Shown: positions 37,786 to 48,164, counted from the stretch's first letter. The stretch is 64,000 bases of DNA from Alphaproteobacteria bacterium (GCA_031549365.1 JAVBPX010000004.1:32001-96000); one strand, 5' to 3'. Notes: generated by a model from the letters alone, not told the origin. A program made the numbers and translations.

Positions 37786-39213
37786 TCAAAAGACGGCTTT
37801 GACGCCCAAATGTATCCCAAACGACTGCCACACAGCCGATTTTAAAGCATCTTCAATTTTTTCAGTTTGCTCGGCAACATGAACTGTATCTGGTAAACCA
37901 TCATCATCTTCGTCCAAATATTGACCATTTTCATCAATTACAAAATAATCACCGCCGGCAACATATAATTCACCGCCAATTTTACCAATTTTGTAATAAT
38001 CCATGTTTCCTTTTAATGATAATGACCAATTATCAGATATGCGGTAACTATATTCGGCTTCGAACGCGTAACTTAAACCACCATTTGAACCTTCGTCTAC
38101 AAAACTTGGATCTTGTTGCCAATCGGTACGATTCGGCCAAATACCCTCGGACGAATAATATGGCATACCAATCTGGGCATAAAAACGCAGATGGTCAACA
38201 TATGTTAATTGTTTTTCAACCTCCATCCCGATAAAAAATCCGGACCAAGTCGTATTATATTTATGCGTTGTTCCCGGCACCATAATTTCACCATCGGCAC
38301 CCAAAATCACACATTCACCAAATGGAACGCCCCAAACGCTTGGGTCCCCTGGCAATCCAGTCGGCAAACCAGCCCCTGATATTGTTCCATCACCATTAAC
38401 ATTTATTAATTGCAAATCTTCCGGGCCTAAACAAACCTGATAATATCCAGCCGGAATAGAAGAACCCTGGGGCACAGTAATAAATCCATCCGAATTACCA
38501 TTGCCAAAAATATATTCACCATTTGGCGACAAAGCTGGGATATATGTTGCTGGATTTGGATATCTATGATCAAACATTTCCAAATCATGCTTGAATATTT
38601 CATAACCAAAGGACGGAGAAAACTTCCAACCGCCAGCATTCCAAACATGACGCCCGCCCAATCCCAAACGAAAATAATCTGTTTTACCATCTTGGTCGCC
38701 GATACTGACAGTAAATATCCCCTCATTCGAAGCACTGCTGTAAAAAGCCTCCAAGTCATAGTCCATTGAATAACCACCAGATTCATAAAATCCGTGGCGA
38801 TAATCGGCAAAAACATAAGCATCCGAACCAAATAACGTAAAATCAGCACGCCCAGAAACGCCAATTTCATTAAAAATCATATCGTCCCATTCCAAAATGG
38901 AATTAACACCTGTTTTAAATTCAAAATCTGCAAATTTACGACCAACAGTTAAATTCAATTCAAAATCATCTGATGGCGCATCCACTCCATTCGGGGTCAT
39001 TGTATACGGCTTTACATTTCCTGCCGGGTTTGGTGTCGAAACAGTATTAACACGCTGTCCCACAACAACATCAGACGACCGATTGCCCACATAAACCTGA
39101 TTTGAATTTTCCGGAATCCCATAGCCAGACTGATAATACGAAGGCGTACCCTCACGCGCGGCTGCGGCGAATGGCAACATCAAAACAGACAAAAAAGCAG
39201 CCGTTTTTTTCAA
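37786..39213 (-). CDS. Omptin-fold-like outer membrane beta-barrel protein
   Basis: TTG start after AAGGGAAGGA; signal peptide; SILEWDD, MDYDL, YNTTWSGFFIG; C-terminal LGVKAVF. Confidence 0.6.
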   Translation of the reverse strand: MKKTAAFLSVLMLPFAAAAREGTPSYYQSGYGIPENSNQVYVGNRSSDVVVGQRVNTVSTPNPAGNVKPYTMTPNGVDAPSDDFELNLTVGRKFADFEFKTGVNSILEWDDMIFNEIGVSGRADFTLFGSDAYVFADYRHGFYESGGYSMDYDLEAFYSSASNEGIFTVSIGDQDGKTDYFRLGLGGRHVWNAGGWKFSPSFGYEIFKHDLEMFDHRYPNPATYIPALSPNGEYIFGNGNSDGFITVPQGSSIPAGYYQVCLGPEDLQLINVNGDGTISGAGLPTGLPGDPSVWGVPFGECVILGADGEIMVPGTTHKYNTTWSGFFIGMEVEKQLTYVDHLRFYAQIGMPYYSSEGIWPNRTDWQQDPSFVDEGSNGGLSYAFEAEYSYRISDNWSLSLKGNMDYYKIGKIGGELYVAGGDYFVIDENGQYLDEDDDGLPDTVHVAEQTEKIEDALKSAVWQSFGIHLGVKAVF

Positions 39214-39314
39214 ATTTCCTTCCCTTGATATCGGCATTATATCATAAACGTCGGATTTCACACAAGTACAAAAAACACTTTACATCACGTTATAAATATT
39301 CTACTATCCCGCCT

Positions 39315-40601
39315 ATGCAACATTTTAAAAACCATTCTTCGTGGAAATCCGTATTGGCATCCCCGTTCCATAAAATTTGGCAATTGGTCAAACGCATATG
39401 GCCGGAACGCACCATCACAATTATTCAAAATGGAAACGTTGATTTTTATCAACAGTCGTCTCGCGTTCGTTTTCTCAAGGCCACGACCAAGGCCATATTG
39501 GGAATCTGGGCATTATGGTCAACATACGTATTTGTGTATCACCGTCCAATGCTGGAACAAAAAACGCGCGAACTTGATATGGAACGCACTTTTCACGCAC
39601 AACAAATGGCCGACTTGGTTATTTTTCAAAAGAAATTCGTTGATCTGCACCGTCAATTAACAACATTTGACGAACAAATTTTAAAACAAAACAAGGTTGG
39701 CAACGCAACGATAGATTCAATGTTAAAACAACGTTTGCAATGGTGGGGCGAATTGGACTATTTGCAAACCAAGATTTCAAACATTTATACCGACAATAAT
39801 TATGCCCCAGATTACTTAAAGCAATCTGAATTATCGATGGAGGTTCAATTAACCCGCGAAGAAAACCGCCAATTATCGCAACGCAATTCCGAATTAGAAC
39901 AATCAATGACCACAATTCATGACGCCCAAACTCGATTGATTGACAAGGTATCAAATCTTGCAAAAAACAACATTGATAACCTGGACAAAGATTTGCGCAA
40001 AATTTCTGGGACCCTGACATCATTAGGATTAAACCAAAACGCATTGGCAGAACGTGCACAACGCGCTGATCTGCCGTATTTGGGCGGAACATTCACCCCA
40101 TTGGATTATTCAAAAATGAAAAACATCGATCCTAAATATCTGGAATTGGCAAAACAGATCAATTTGTGGGAGGGGCTATCCCGAACCAAAACTATGTTAC
40201 CTGTTGGGAACCCAGTTAAAAACCCGTACATAACATCACAATTTGGCGGACGCGATGATCCGTTTAATGGAACGCCAACAATGCACCGCGGAATTGATTT
40301 TGCTGGGGAAATTGGAACGCCATTATATGCCGTTGCCCCGGGTCGCGTAACTCAATCTGGCTGGCGCTCCGGTTACGGGAACTCTGTCGAAATTGAACAC
40401 GGAATGGGCTTTACCACCCTATACGCTCACTTACAAGAAATTCGCGTCAAAAAAGGGGACTTCATAGAACCCAAGGACGTAATCGGACTGGGCGGCAGCT
40501 CCGGACGCTCAACAGGGCCACATTTACACTATGAAATTCGTTATAATGGGCAACCATTTAACCCATACACCTTTATCAAAGCAAAACAAATTGATTTCTA
40601 A
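39315..40601 (+). CDS. Membrane-anchored M23 peptidase with coiled coil (LmdC-like)
   Basis: TM, coiled coil, HRGIDFA, YGNSVEIEH, YAHL, STGPHLHYE. Confidence 0.92.
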   Translation: MQHFKNHSSWKSVLASPFHKIWQLVKRIWPERTITIIQNGNVDFYQQSSRVRFLKATTKAILGIWALWSTYVFVYHRPMLEQKTRELDMERTFHAQQMADLVIFQKKFVDLHRQLTTFDEQILKQNKVGNATIDSMLKQRLQWWGELDYLQTKISNIYTDNNYAPDYLKQSELSMEVQLTREENRQLSQRNSELEQSMTTIHDAQTRLIDKVSNLAKNNIDNLDKDLRKISGTLTSLGLNQNALAERAQRADLPYLGGTFTPLDYSKMKNIDPKYLELAKQINLWEGLSRTKTMLPVGNPVKNPYITSQFGGRDDPFNGTPTMHRGIDFAGEIGTPLYAVAPGRVTQSGWRSGYGNSVEIEHGMGFTTLYAHLQEIRVKKGDFIEPKDVIGLGGSSGRSTGPHLHYEIRYNGQPFNPYTFIKAKQIDF

Positions 40602-40615
40602 ACAGGGGCACGATT

Positions 40616-41008
40616 ATGATTTCTTTCTTTAAAAAGCCAACAGAAAAATCAACACCAACTATTTTGGGCGCTGGCACACGTATGATCGGGGAAATCCACA
40701 ACCAACACATATTACAGGTTCACGGCATAGTTGATGGCAATATCGTGGCCGACACTGTAATTATTGGAAAAACTGGATTGGTTCACGGCAAAATCATTGC
40801 GAAACACTTATTTTTACACGGAACCGTTGATGGTCCTGCAACTGTCGAAGAAGCAACAATTTTCCCAGGCGCATCAATTTCTGGTGACCTGCACTATTTC
40901 AAATTGAATATCATCAATAACGAAAATTTGGAATGTCGCTTAATTAAACGCACAACCAAAACGCCAAAAGATTTAACACAAACAAAACAACCAGCCAAAA
41001 GGAAATAA
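40616..41008 (+). CDS. Bactofilin (polymer-forming cytoskeletal protein)
   Basis: TILGAGTRMIGEI...VHGIVDGNI...IGKTGLVHGKI beta-helix repeats. Confidence 0.88.
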   Translation: MISFFKKPTEKSTPTILGAGTRMIGEIHNQHILQVHGIVDGNIVADTVIIGKTGLVHGKIIAKHLFLHGTVDGPATVEEATIFPGASISGDLHYFKLNIINNENLECRLIKRTTKTPKDLTQTKQPAKRK

Positions 41009-41010
41009 AC

Positions 41011-41535
41011 ATGACACACCAATGCAAACACGACCATTGTTGCGGAAACCATGAATGCGGCTGTAAAAATAATTCCGAATATTCTGTATCGAACAACAAT
41101 ATTTCAAAATTGTATATTGCATCTGACCACCGAGGCGTTGGATTAAAACACTATTTGCGTGAAATGTTGGATCAACGCGGTGTATCCCCAATAGATTTAG
41201 GAACCGACAACCCAAACGAAATGGTTGATTATTCAGACATTGCAAACATATTGGCAAACGCAATGCTGGGCGATACAAACGCACGTGGAATTTTAATCTG
41301 CGGCACCGGTGCCGGCATGTTAATTGCAGCCAACCGTTATCGCCACATTCGTGCATCTCGTTGCGACACCCCGGACCAGGCTCACAACGACAGATATCAT
41401 GACGACATCAACGTTATTGTATTCGGAGCAGATGACATAGACCCTGAAAACGCATTAATTTGCACCCAAGAATTTTTAACATCTGAATTTGACGCAATTG
41501 AACGCCGCATCCGCCGAATTGAAAAAATGTCCTAA
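41011..41535 (+). CDS. rpiB: Ribose-5-phosphate isomerase B family
   Basis: IASDHRG, VDYSD, GILICGTGAGM..ANR; His/Cys-rich N-terminal extension. Confidence 0.88.
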   Translation: MTHQCKHDHCCGNHECGCKNNSEYSVSNNNISKLYIASDHRGVGLKHYLREMLDQRGVSPIDLGTDNPNEMVDYSDIANILANAMLGDTNARGILICGTGAGMLIAANRYRHIRASRCDTPDQAHNDRYHDDINVIVFGADDIDPENALICTQEFLTSEFDAIERRIRRIEKMS

Positions 41536-41653
41536 TAGAATCAAAACCTCACTGAATTTTAAACGACTCGCCGACGGGCGAGTTTTTATTACAAGAATTG
41601 CTTGACAAATATAAATAAACAGATAACCTTGTCCATAAACCCAGGCTTATCAA

Positions 41654-42178
41654 ATGAAAACCAAAAAATTATTCTTTTTAATATTATTGGCATCTGCACT
41701 TACAGCTGGCAATTTTGCAAATGCGCAAACGTCATCCAAACGCGAAATTAAAAAAACAGCAAAAATCAAGCGCAAAATGACGGACGCATATTATACCATC
41801 CTGTATAAAAATTACGACATATCTGATTATAGAAATCTAGGCATGGAATACGATGCAAATGACACAACTGAAATAAATCAACTGTATGAAATAATTCACA
41901 AATCTTACCCTTTCCGTTTTGTAACATATTTTGGCAAAAACACATCCGATGAACGAATTGCAATTTTTTACCGCGATTTATTGATATTTTCAAATTTAAT
42001 CGAGTATGAATTTATTGATTTCAAACCATTTACTGATAAAAAAATTCGCAATAATAGCTTCAGCTATACAATGAAAATTTATAATGAAACCGGTGAAATG
42101 GTTGTCGATTTGTATGAAGTGTTAAAATACTATGAACGACTTGATAAATATTTGTCCAAACACAAAAAAAACCGATAA
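41654..42178 (+). CDS. Orphan exported hypothetical protein
   Basis: Signal peptide (ending ANA); own TTGACA promoter; hairpin terminators on both sides. Confidence 0.7.
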   Translation: MKTKKLFFLILLASALTAGNFANAQTSSKREIKKTAKIKRKMTDAYYTILYKNYDISDYRNLGMEYDANDTTEINQLYEIIHKSYPFRFVTYFGKNTSDERIAIFYRDLLIFSNLIEYEFIDFKPFTDKKIRNNSFSYTMKIYNETGEMVVDLYEVLKYYERLDKYLSKHKKNR

Positions 42179-42204
42179 AAAAACCCGGATAATTCCGGGT
42201 TTTT
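42177..42204. terminator. Bidirectional terminator
   Basis: AAAAACCCGGA-taat-TCCGGGTTTTT. Confidence 0.85.
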
Positions 42205-42207
42205 AAT

Positions 42208-42927
42208 TTATTTTACTGCATCTATTATCGGTACAAAATCATCAATCCTCAACGAAGCTCCGCCAACCAACACTCCTTGAACATTTTCTGTTTCCAAAAT
42301 CTCACTCGCGTTTGATCCCTTGACCGAACCACCATATAAAATTTTGGTATCCGACAATCCCATTGAACCCAACACGGTCGCAATATGTGCATGAACTGTT
42401 TTCACGTCATCAACCGTCGCGACCAATCCCGTACCAATCGCCCAAATCGGTTCATATGCGACAACAACGCCCGGCGCGACAAATACAGATTCACGAACTT
42501 GTTTTTCAATAACTGATAACGTTTGCCCGGACTCTTTTTCGGATTGCGTTTCTCCAACACAAATAATCGGTGTCATGCCAGATGCAAATACCAACATAGC
42601 CTTTTGTTTTACCATTTCATTTGTTTCATTATGATATTGGCGACGTTCTGAATGCCCAACAATCACATATTTGGCGCCACAATCGCGCAACATTTCAACC
42701 GACACTTCGCCAGTATATGCACCAGATTCATGAATTGAACAATCCTGGGCCCCAACTGAAATTTTATCCGCACACATCATCGCCGCAGCCATTGTAATAT
42801 ACGGATATGGCGGACAAATAACTACATCCACATTTTTTACATTAAAATCCACCAATCCCATAATCATATCGTGCAACAAAGCCGCGCTTCCATTCATTTT
42901 CCAATTACCAACTATTAATTTTTTCAT
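42208..42927 (-). CDS. tpiA: Triosephosphate isomerase
   Basis: GNWKMNG, VGHSERR, AYEPIWAIGTG, LYGGSV, LVGGASL. Confidence 0.98.
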   Translation of the reverse strand: MKKLIVGNWKMNGSAALLHDMIMGLVDFNVKNVDVVICPPYPYITMAAAMMCADKISVGAQDCSIHESGAYTGEVSVEMLRDCGAKYVIVGHSERRQYHNETNEMVKQKAMLVFASGMTPIICVGETQSEKESGQTLSVIEKQVRESVFVAPGVVVAYEPIWAIGTGLVATVDDVKTVHAHIATVLGSMGLSDTKILYGGSVKGSNASEILETENVQGVLVGGASLRIDDFVPIIDAVK

Positions 42928-43031
42928 ATTTTCATCCCTTGGTTTTAACCAACAAATCATTGCATTTTTTGCTTGTTTACGCAACTGATTTTTGCTATAA
43001 CAAACATACTTGAAAACCAAAAGGATTTGAA

Positions 43032-44513
43032 ATGTTGGAAACACTACGTAATGCTTCGGATAAACTGTGGGCCAAAATATTAATGGGCGTATTAATTTTT
43101 TCATTTGTTGGCTGGGGTGTTGCATCTTGGATTTTTGGTGAAAACCGCATGGACGATTCTGTTGTAACGGTCGGTGACCAATCGGTTAAAATTACTGAAT
43201 TTGACCGTGAAATGAACCGTCAATTGGCCCAAATGTCCAAAGCGATGAGCAAAGAAATTTACACAGATCCAACCGCCCGTCTTTACTTTGCGGAACAAGT
43301 ATTATCAAATTTGGTATCACGCCTATTACTGGAACAACGCGCAATTGATTTGAAATTAACCGTATCGAATCAATATATCGCATCCATCATTAAAAATGCC
43401 CCAGAATTCCAGGAAAACGGATTTTTCAGCACTGAAAAATTCGACGCAATTTTATATTCAAATCAAATGACCGAAGACCAATTTGCAAACACACTCCGTC
43501 GCCAATATTTGCGGGAATTGGTACTGGTTGGATTGGTTGAATCATCAATTGTTCCAAACTTTTTCTCGGCCGGGGTTTACAATAATCGTTACCACGAACG
43601 CCGTATTGATTACAGCGTAATTAAATATGATGATTTCAAAATATCTGAAACTCCAACTGAATCAGATTTAAAAAAATTATATGCAATCGAAAAACCAATG
43701 ATGCCCGAATATCGCAAAATTTCATACATCTTGGTTCCTGTCAAAGATATGAAAAATCCGGACTCATACGACAACGGTTACGCCCGCGCACAAAAGGTCG
43801 AAGACGCAATCATCAGTGGCGAACCAATGAAATCAGTTGCTGAGAAATTCAAAGCAACATATGTTTCGCGCGAACCAATGACAATTCAACACAAAGACAT
43901 CAATGGGAAAACTATCAATGATCCCATTTTAAACGACACCATGATTAATTCCATATTTACAATGGAGAGCGGTATCGAAAGCCCATTAATGGAAATAAAT
44001 TCTGGTTTTTTAATTGTACGCGTTGATCAAATCGATACTGCCCGCGCAACTCCATTTGAAAAGGTAAAAGAAAGTTTAAAAACAACATGGATTGAAAAAC
44101 AAAAAGAAAAATTGGCATACGCCCGCGCAAACGATATGTTGTCCAATATCAAACAGGGCAAATCTTTCAAAGAAGCCGCTGGCGCTTCCAGCGTATCATC
44201 ATACCAAATGGGCAGCCGCGTTACACGCACATCCACATCAATTTTCCCATCCGAAGTGGTTACAACAACATTCGCAACCAAACCCGGAAAAACCGTATTG
44301 GCCCAGGGCAACCGTGCATTCCACCTTGTTCATGTAATAGAACAAGTCAAACCAACCATTGATACGGAAAAAATGAAAAGCATTAAATCCGAATCATCCA
44401 ACATGATTTCAAAAATGTTGATTGATGATTATACTGGATTCTTGGCCCGCCAATATCCAGTACACACAAACGAACGTTTATTTAATAAAATGTTCACACC
44501 GCAACAACCATAA
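43032..44513 (+). CDS. ppiD: SurA_N / PpiD-like periplasmic chaperone
   Basis: MLETLR..., FSFVGWGV TM, SurA_N3-like region; divergent from tpiA as in other alphaproteobacteria. Confidence 0.8.
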   Translation: MLETLRNASDKLWAKILMGVLIFSFVGWGVASWIFGENRMDDSVVTVGDQSVKITEFDREMNRQLAQMSKAMSKEIYTDPTARLYFAEQVLSNLVSRLLLEQRAIDLKLTVSNQYIASIIKNAPEFQENGFFSTEKFDAILYSNQMTEDQFANTLRRQYLRELVLVGLVESSIVPNFFSAGVYNNRYHERRIDYSVIKYDDFKISETPTESDLKKLYAIEKPMMPEYRKISYILVPVKDMKNPDSYDNGYARAQKVEDAIISGEPMKSVAEKFKATYVSREPMTIQHKDINGKTINDPILNDTMINSIFTMESGIESPLMEINSGFLIVRVDQIDTARATPFEKVKESLKTTWIEKQKEKLAYARANDMLSNIKQGKSFKEAAGASSVSSYQMGSRVTRTSTSIFPSEVVTTTFATKPGKTVLAQGNRAFHLVHVIEQVKPTIDTEKMKSIKSESSNMISKMLIDDYTGFLARQYPVHTNERLFNKMFTPQQP

Positions 44514-44529
44514 TTTAATAATGCTGAAT

Positions 44530-44558
44530 AAAAAATCCTGTCTTTCGACAGGATTTTT
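44530..44558. terminator. Bidirectional terminator
   Basis: AAAAATCCTGTC-tttc-GACAGGATTTTT. Confidence 0.85.
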
Positions 44559-45679
44559 TATTCAGCGGTATAACGCTTTATAAAGCCATCCTTGAACTTT
44601 TCAAATTCATCATTTTCAATCGCATTACGAATGTCGTTCATTAAATCCTGATAAAATTGAATATTATGATTGGTCAATAACATCGCACCCAATATTTCAT
44701 CTGCCTTGATTAAATGATGAATGTACGCACGCGACAATCCCCGTGAACACGCAATACATTTACAATTTGAATCAATTGGCGCATCATCCAATTTATGTTT
44801 TGCATTTCGCATATTTAACGTGCCGTCCCAAATAAATGCCTGGGCTGTGCGACCTGCGCGCGTTGGCATAACACAATCAAACATATCAATTCCGCGTTCA
44901 ACCGCACCCAATATATCCAGAGGCGTTCCAACGCCCATTAAATAACGCGGTTTATCAAATGGCAACAACGGCGTTGTATGCGATAATACATTAAACATAA
45001 CGTTTTGGGGTTCTCCAACGGCCAAACCACCAACAGCATACCCATCAAAATTTAATTCAACCAATTCATTTGCAGATTTTGTGCGCAGGTCCAAAAAATC
45101 AGCCCCCTGAACAATTCCAAAAATTCCATAACCATCACGATCAATAAATGCATCGCGTGAACGTTTTGCCCAACGAGTTACCATATCAACATTTTTTTCA
45201 ACACGATCACGCGGCGCGGGCAAATGTAAACATTCATCCAACACCATGGTAATATTTGAATCCAATTGATGTTGAATTTGAACTGATTTTTCTGGCGTTA
45301 AAAAATGTTTAACCCCGCCATCAATATGTGATGTGAAATGTACACCCTCTTCCGTCATTTTGGTTAATGTGGACAAAGACATTACCTGGAATCCGCCACT
45401 ATCTGTTAAAATTGGTCCATCCCATCCGCTAAATTTATGCAATCCTCCCATCTGTTCAACCAAATCGCCACCAGGTCGCAACATCAAATGATATGTGTTG
45501 CCCAAAATTACTTGGCATCCAGTATTACGAACCATATCCGTTGTTTGCGCCTTGACCGTACCGGCAGTCCCAACCACCATAAATGTTGGTGTCTGAACAT
45601 CCCCGTGCGCGGTTGACAACACCCCACGCCGCGCCATGGAATTTTTCGATGCTTTTAATAATTTATATTTCAATGCCAC
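44558..45679 (-). CDS. tgt: Queuine tRNA-ribosyltransferase
   Basis: TPTFMVVGT, NTYHLMLRPG, TDSGGFQV, DMFDCVMPTR, CKCIAC; GTG start. Confidence 0.97.
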   Translation of the reverse strand: MALKYKLLKASKNSMARRGVLSTAHGDVQTPTFMVVGTAGTVKAQTTDMVRNTGCQVILGNTYHLMLRPGGDLVEQMGGLHKFSGWDGPILTDSGGFQVMSLSTLTKMTEEGVHFTSHIDGGVKHFLTPEKSVQIQHQLDSNITMVLDECLHLPAPRDRVEKNVDMVTRWAKRSRDAFIDRDGYGIFGIVQGADFLDLRTKSANELVELNFDGYAVGGLAVGEPQNVMFNVLSHTTPLLPFDKPRYLMGVGTPLDILGAVERGIDMFDCVMPTRAGRTAQAFIWDGTLNMRNAKHKLDDAPIDSNCKCIACSRGLSRAYIHHLIKADEILGAMLLTNHNIQFYQDLMNDIRNAIENDEFEKFKDGFIKRYTAE

Positions 45680-45690
45680 AAAGTTTTCCT

Positions 45691-46971
45691 TTATTTAAAA
45701 TTTTCTTGCCACACAGATTTTAAATCCACCTCAAAATCGGCACCCTGGGTTATTATTGAAATATCTCCATCAAAATAACCACGGGAATTTTCAATAACTT
45801 CATCCCGACGTATGGATTTAGACATTTCGACAACGTTATAAAAATCATACAACAAACCATAATTTCTATGAAACCCTGTTAACCTGTCGCATCTGCTGGT
45901 TGCAGACTCTAGCCAATCTGCATTGCCCAGCCTGTTTTTACGAAAAAAACGATCCAGATCTTCATCTGTTATTTCGTTTTCATTATAAATTTTAAAAGCA
46001 TTTTTTGCAATCAACGAAACCGCTTTCTCTATATTTTTAACCGACGTTTCTGTTGCAAATCCATTCAAACAAAATTTTTCATTTCCAACGTCGGTCAAGC
46101 CAAACCCGTAAACCAATCCGTTTTCATGGCGCAGAACTTCATACATTTTTTTACCCATAAATCTTTCAAATTTTGAAACCGACATTCTTTTATATCTGTT
46201 TTCAAATTTTTGATCCCAAATTTCAGGAAATAAAATCCTTAATTTAATATTGTTTTTATCAGGCTTTGAATTATGAGCAATTGCTGGAATATAATTTATA
46301 TCTGAATTTTCTGACACTTCTATCGATGGCAACCATCCAAACGTTTTTTCCAAACATTTCAAGAGTTCCGTCTCGTCATGGATTTTTCCAGATATCCCAA
46401 TTATGCAATTTTTAGCAGACAAACGCAGTGACAAAAATTCCAACATCTGGTCTCTGGTAAAACTTTCAATGTTCTCAAAATTACCCAATGTCCCGCCCAA
46501 AGATGAACCCAATGCTCCATTAAACAAGGTTTCCGACATAAAATTTGATAATTGCCTGCCCTCGTTATCCAAACTACGCCTTAATTCATCTGAAATTACA
46601 CCTCGTTCAATTTCTATTTTTTCTTGCAAAAATAATGAATTTTGTATCTGATCTCCCAAAAAATCCACCAATATATTCACGTTTTCGGCTAAAATTCTAC
46701 CATAAAAACTCAAACCAGAATTCCCTGTGCTTGCATTTGTGGAACCTGAATGATATTCGAAATAATCATCTATTATTTTTTTTGTTGGGAACCTGGTGGT
46801 TCCTTTGCACAACATATGTTCGCAAAAATGGGTTAAACCTTTCTCATTTATTTTTTCATCCCTGGATCCTGTAAAAAAGCTAACCTTGACACTGGTTGTT
46901 TCCAAATCCATCGAATCAAGTATAATCGTAACCCCATTTGATAATTTATGTAATGTTGGCACAAACTTCAT
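45691..46971 (-). CDS. M16 (insulinase/pitrilysin) peptidase
   Basis: GSRDE...GLTHFCEHM (HxxEH), NAST, ERGVISDE, LRHENGLVY. Confidence 0.88.
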   Translation of the reverse strand: MKFVPTLHKLSNGVTIILDSMDLETTSVKVSFFTGSRDEKINEKGLTHFCEHMLCKGTTRFPTKKIIDDYFEYHSGSTNASTGNSGLSFYGRILAENVNILVDFLGDQIQNSLFLQEKIEIERGVISDELRRSLDNEGRQLSNFMSETLFNGALGSSLGGTLGNFENIESFTRDQMLEFLSLRLSAKNCIIGISGKIHDETELLKCLEKTFGWLPSIEVSENSDINYIPAIAHNSKPDKNNIKLRILFPEIWDQKFENRYKRMSVSKFERFMGKKMYEVLRHENGLVYGFGLTDVGNEKFCLNGFATETSVKNIEKAVSLIAKNAFKIYNENEITDEDLDRFFRKNRLGNADWLESATSRCDRLTGFHRNYGLLYDFYNVVEMSKSIRRDEVIENSRGYFDGDISIITQGADFEVDLKSVWQENFK

Positions 46972-46983
46972 TTTAAACCTCTT

Positions 46984-48003
46984 TTAATTTCTAAATAACA
47001 AACAGCAATCGCCGTACGAATAAAAACGATATTTTTCGTCAATTGCATGTTGATACGCGGCCTTCATATTTTCCAATCCAGCAAACGCAGATACCAACAT
47101 GAATAACGTAGAACACGGCAAATGAAAATTGGTTAACAAAATATCAACCGCTTGAAATTTATAACCCGGCGTAATAAAAATCGATGTTTTATCAAAAAAT
47201 TCATGAACACGACCATCACGCGATGCGCTTTCCAGCAACCGCAACGATGTTGTGCCAATCGCAATCACGCGGCCTCCATTTGCACGTGCATTATTAATTT
47301 CCGCGGCTTGATTCGTCGTTATTTCACCATATTCCGAATGCATTTTATGATCATTTGTATCATCAACCTTGACCGGCAAAAATGTTCCGGCACCAACATG
47401 CAATGTTATTTCAACAATTTTAACTCCGCGCGATTTAATCGCATCCAATAATTTGTTTGTAATATGCAACCCCGCAGTGGGCGCAGCCATCGATCCAACG
47501 GGTTTTGAATATACGGTTTGATAGCGTTCATTGTCGGATTTATCGGCACGACGTTTCATATATGGAGGCAACGGCATTTCGCCAACACGATTTAAGACAT
47601 CAACGATGGAATTATCGTCCACCAAAAATTGTAATTTTAATCCGCTTTCATCCGATTTATCCAAAACCAAAATTTTCGTACCATCAATCAATGTTAATTC
47701 GTCACCAATTTTAATGCGACGACTCTTTAAACACATTCCGAACCAAATATTGCCCGCATCCATCGTATGCAACGTCATTTCATAATCGCGACCCATCACA
47801 TCCGTTACAATAAATCGGGACGGCAATACGCGTGAATTATTCAAAACCATAATATCACCAGGCTTTAAATATTCCAAAATGTCCCAAACGTGGCGGTTAT
47901 TCATTTCCGGCACAACCAACATACGCGACGCATCGCGTTTTTCCAACGGTTGCGATGCAATTAATTCTTCGGGTAATTTAAAATCAAACTCACAAACTTT
48001 CAT
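46984..48003 (-). CDS. queA: S-adenosylmethionine:tRNA ribosyltransferase-isomerase
   Basis: FDFKLPEELIA, PLPPYMKR, AAPTAGLH, TLHVGAGTF, TNFHLP, YRFYSYGD. Confidence 0.98.
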   Translation of the reverse strand: MKVCEFDFKLPEELIASQPLEKRDASRMLVVPEMNNRHVWDILEYLKPGDIMVLNNSRVLPSRFIVTDVMGRDYEMTLHTMDAGNIWFGMCLKSRRIKIGDELTLIDGTKILVLDKSDESGLKLQFLVDDNSIVDVLNRVGEMPLPPYMKRRADKSDNERYQTVYSKPVGSMAAPTAGLHITNKLLDAIKSRGVKIVEITLHVGAGTFLPVKVDDTNDHKMHSEYGEITTNQAAEINNARANGGRVIAIGTTSLRLLESASRDGRVHEFFDKTSIFITPGYKFQAVDILLTNFHLPCSTLFMLVSAFAGLENMKAAYQHAIDEKYRFYSYGDCCLLFRN

Positions 48004-48030
48004 ATATTTTCCAGACTTTTGTTTTTCCTA

Positions 48031-48157
48031 AATTTGCATCAAAATGCGATGATTGTAAAGAATTTATTGTTTTTCAAGACCCGCGGTGTATACAAACATA
48101 CATAAGGGTTTTGAAAAACAATAAACTTGTTTAGAGGCGCGCATTTTCATGTAAATT
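48031..48157 (+). repeat. Long-hairpin interspersed element, copy 6
   Basis: AATTTGCATCAAAATGCG / CGCATTTTCATGTAAATT; inner TTTATTGTTTTTCAA / TTGAAAAACAATAAA; apex CCCGCGG-TGTAT-acaaac-ATACA-TAAGGG; 7 bp from the era stop. Confidence 0.88.
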
Positions 48158-48164
48158 ATATAAA

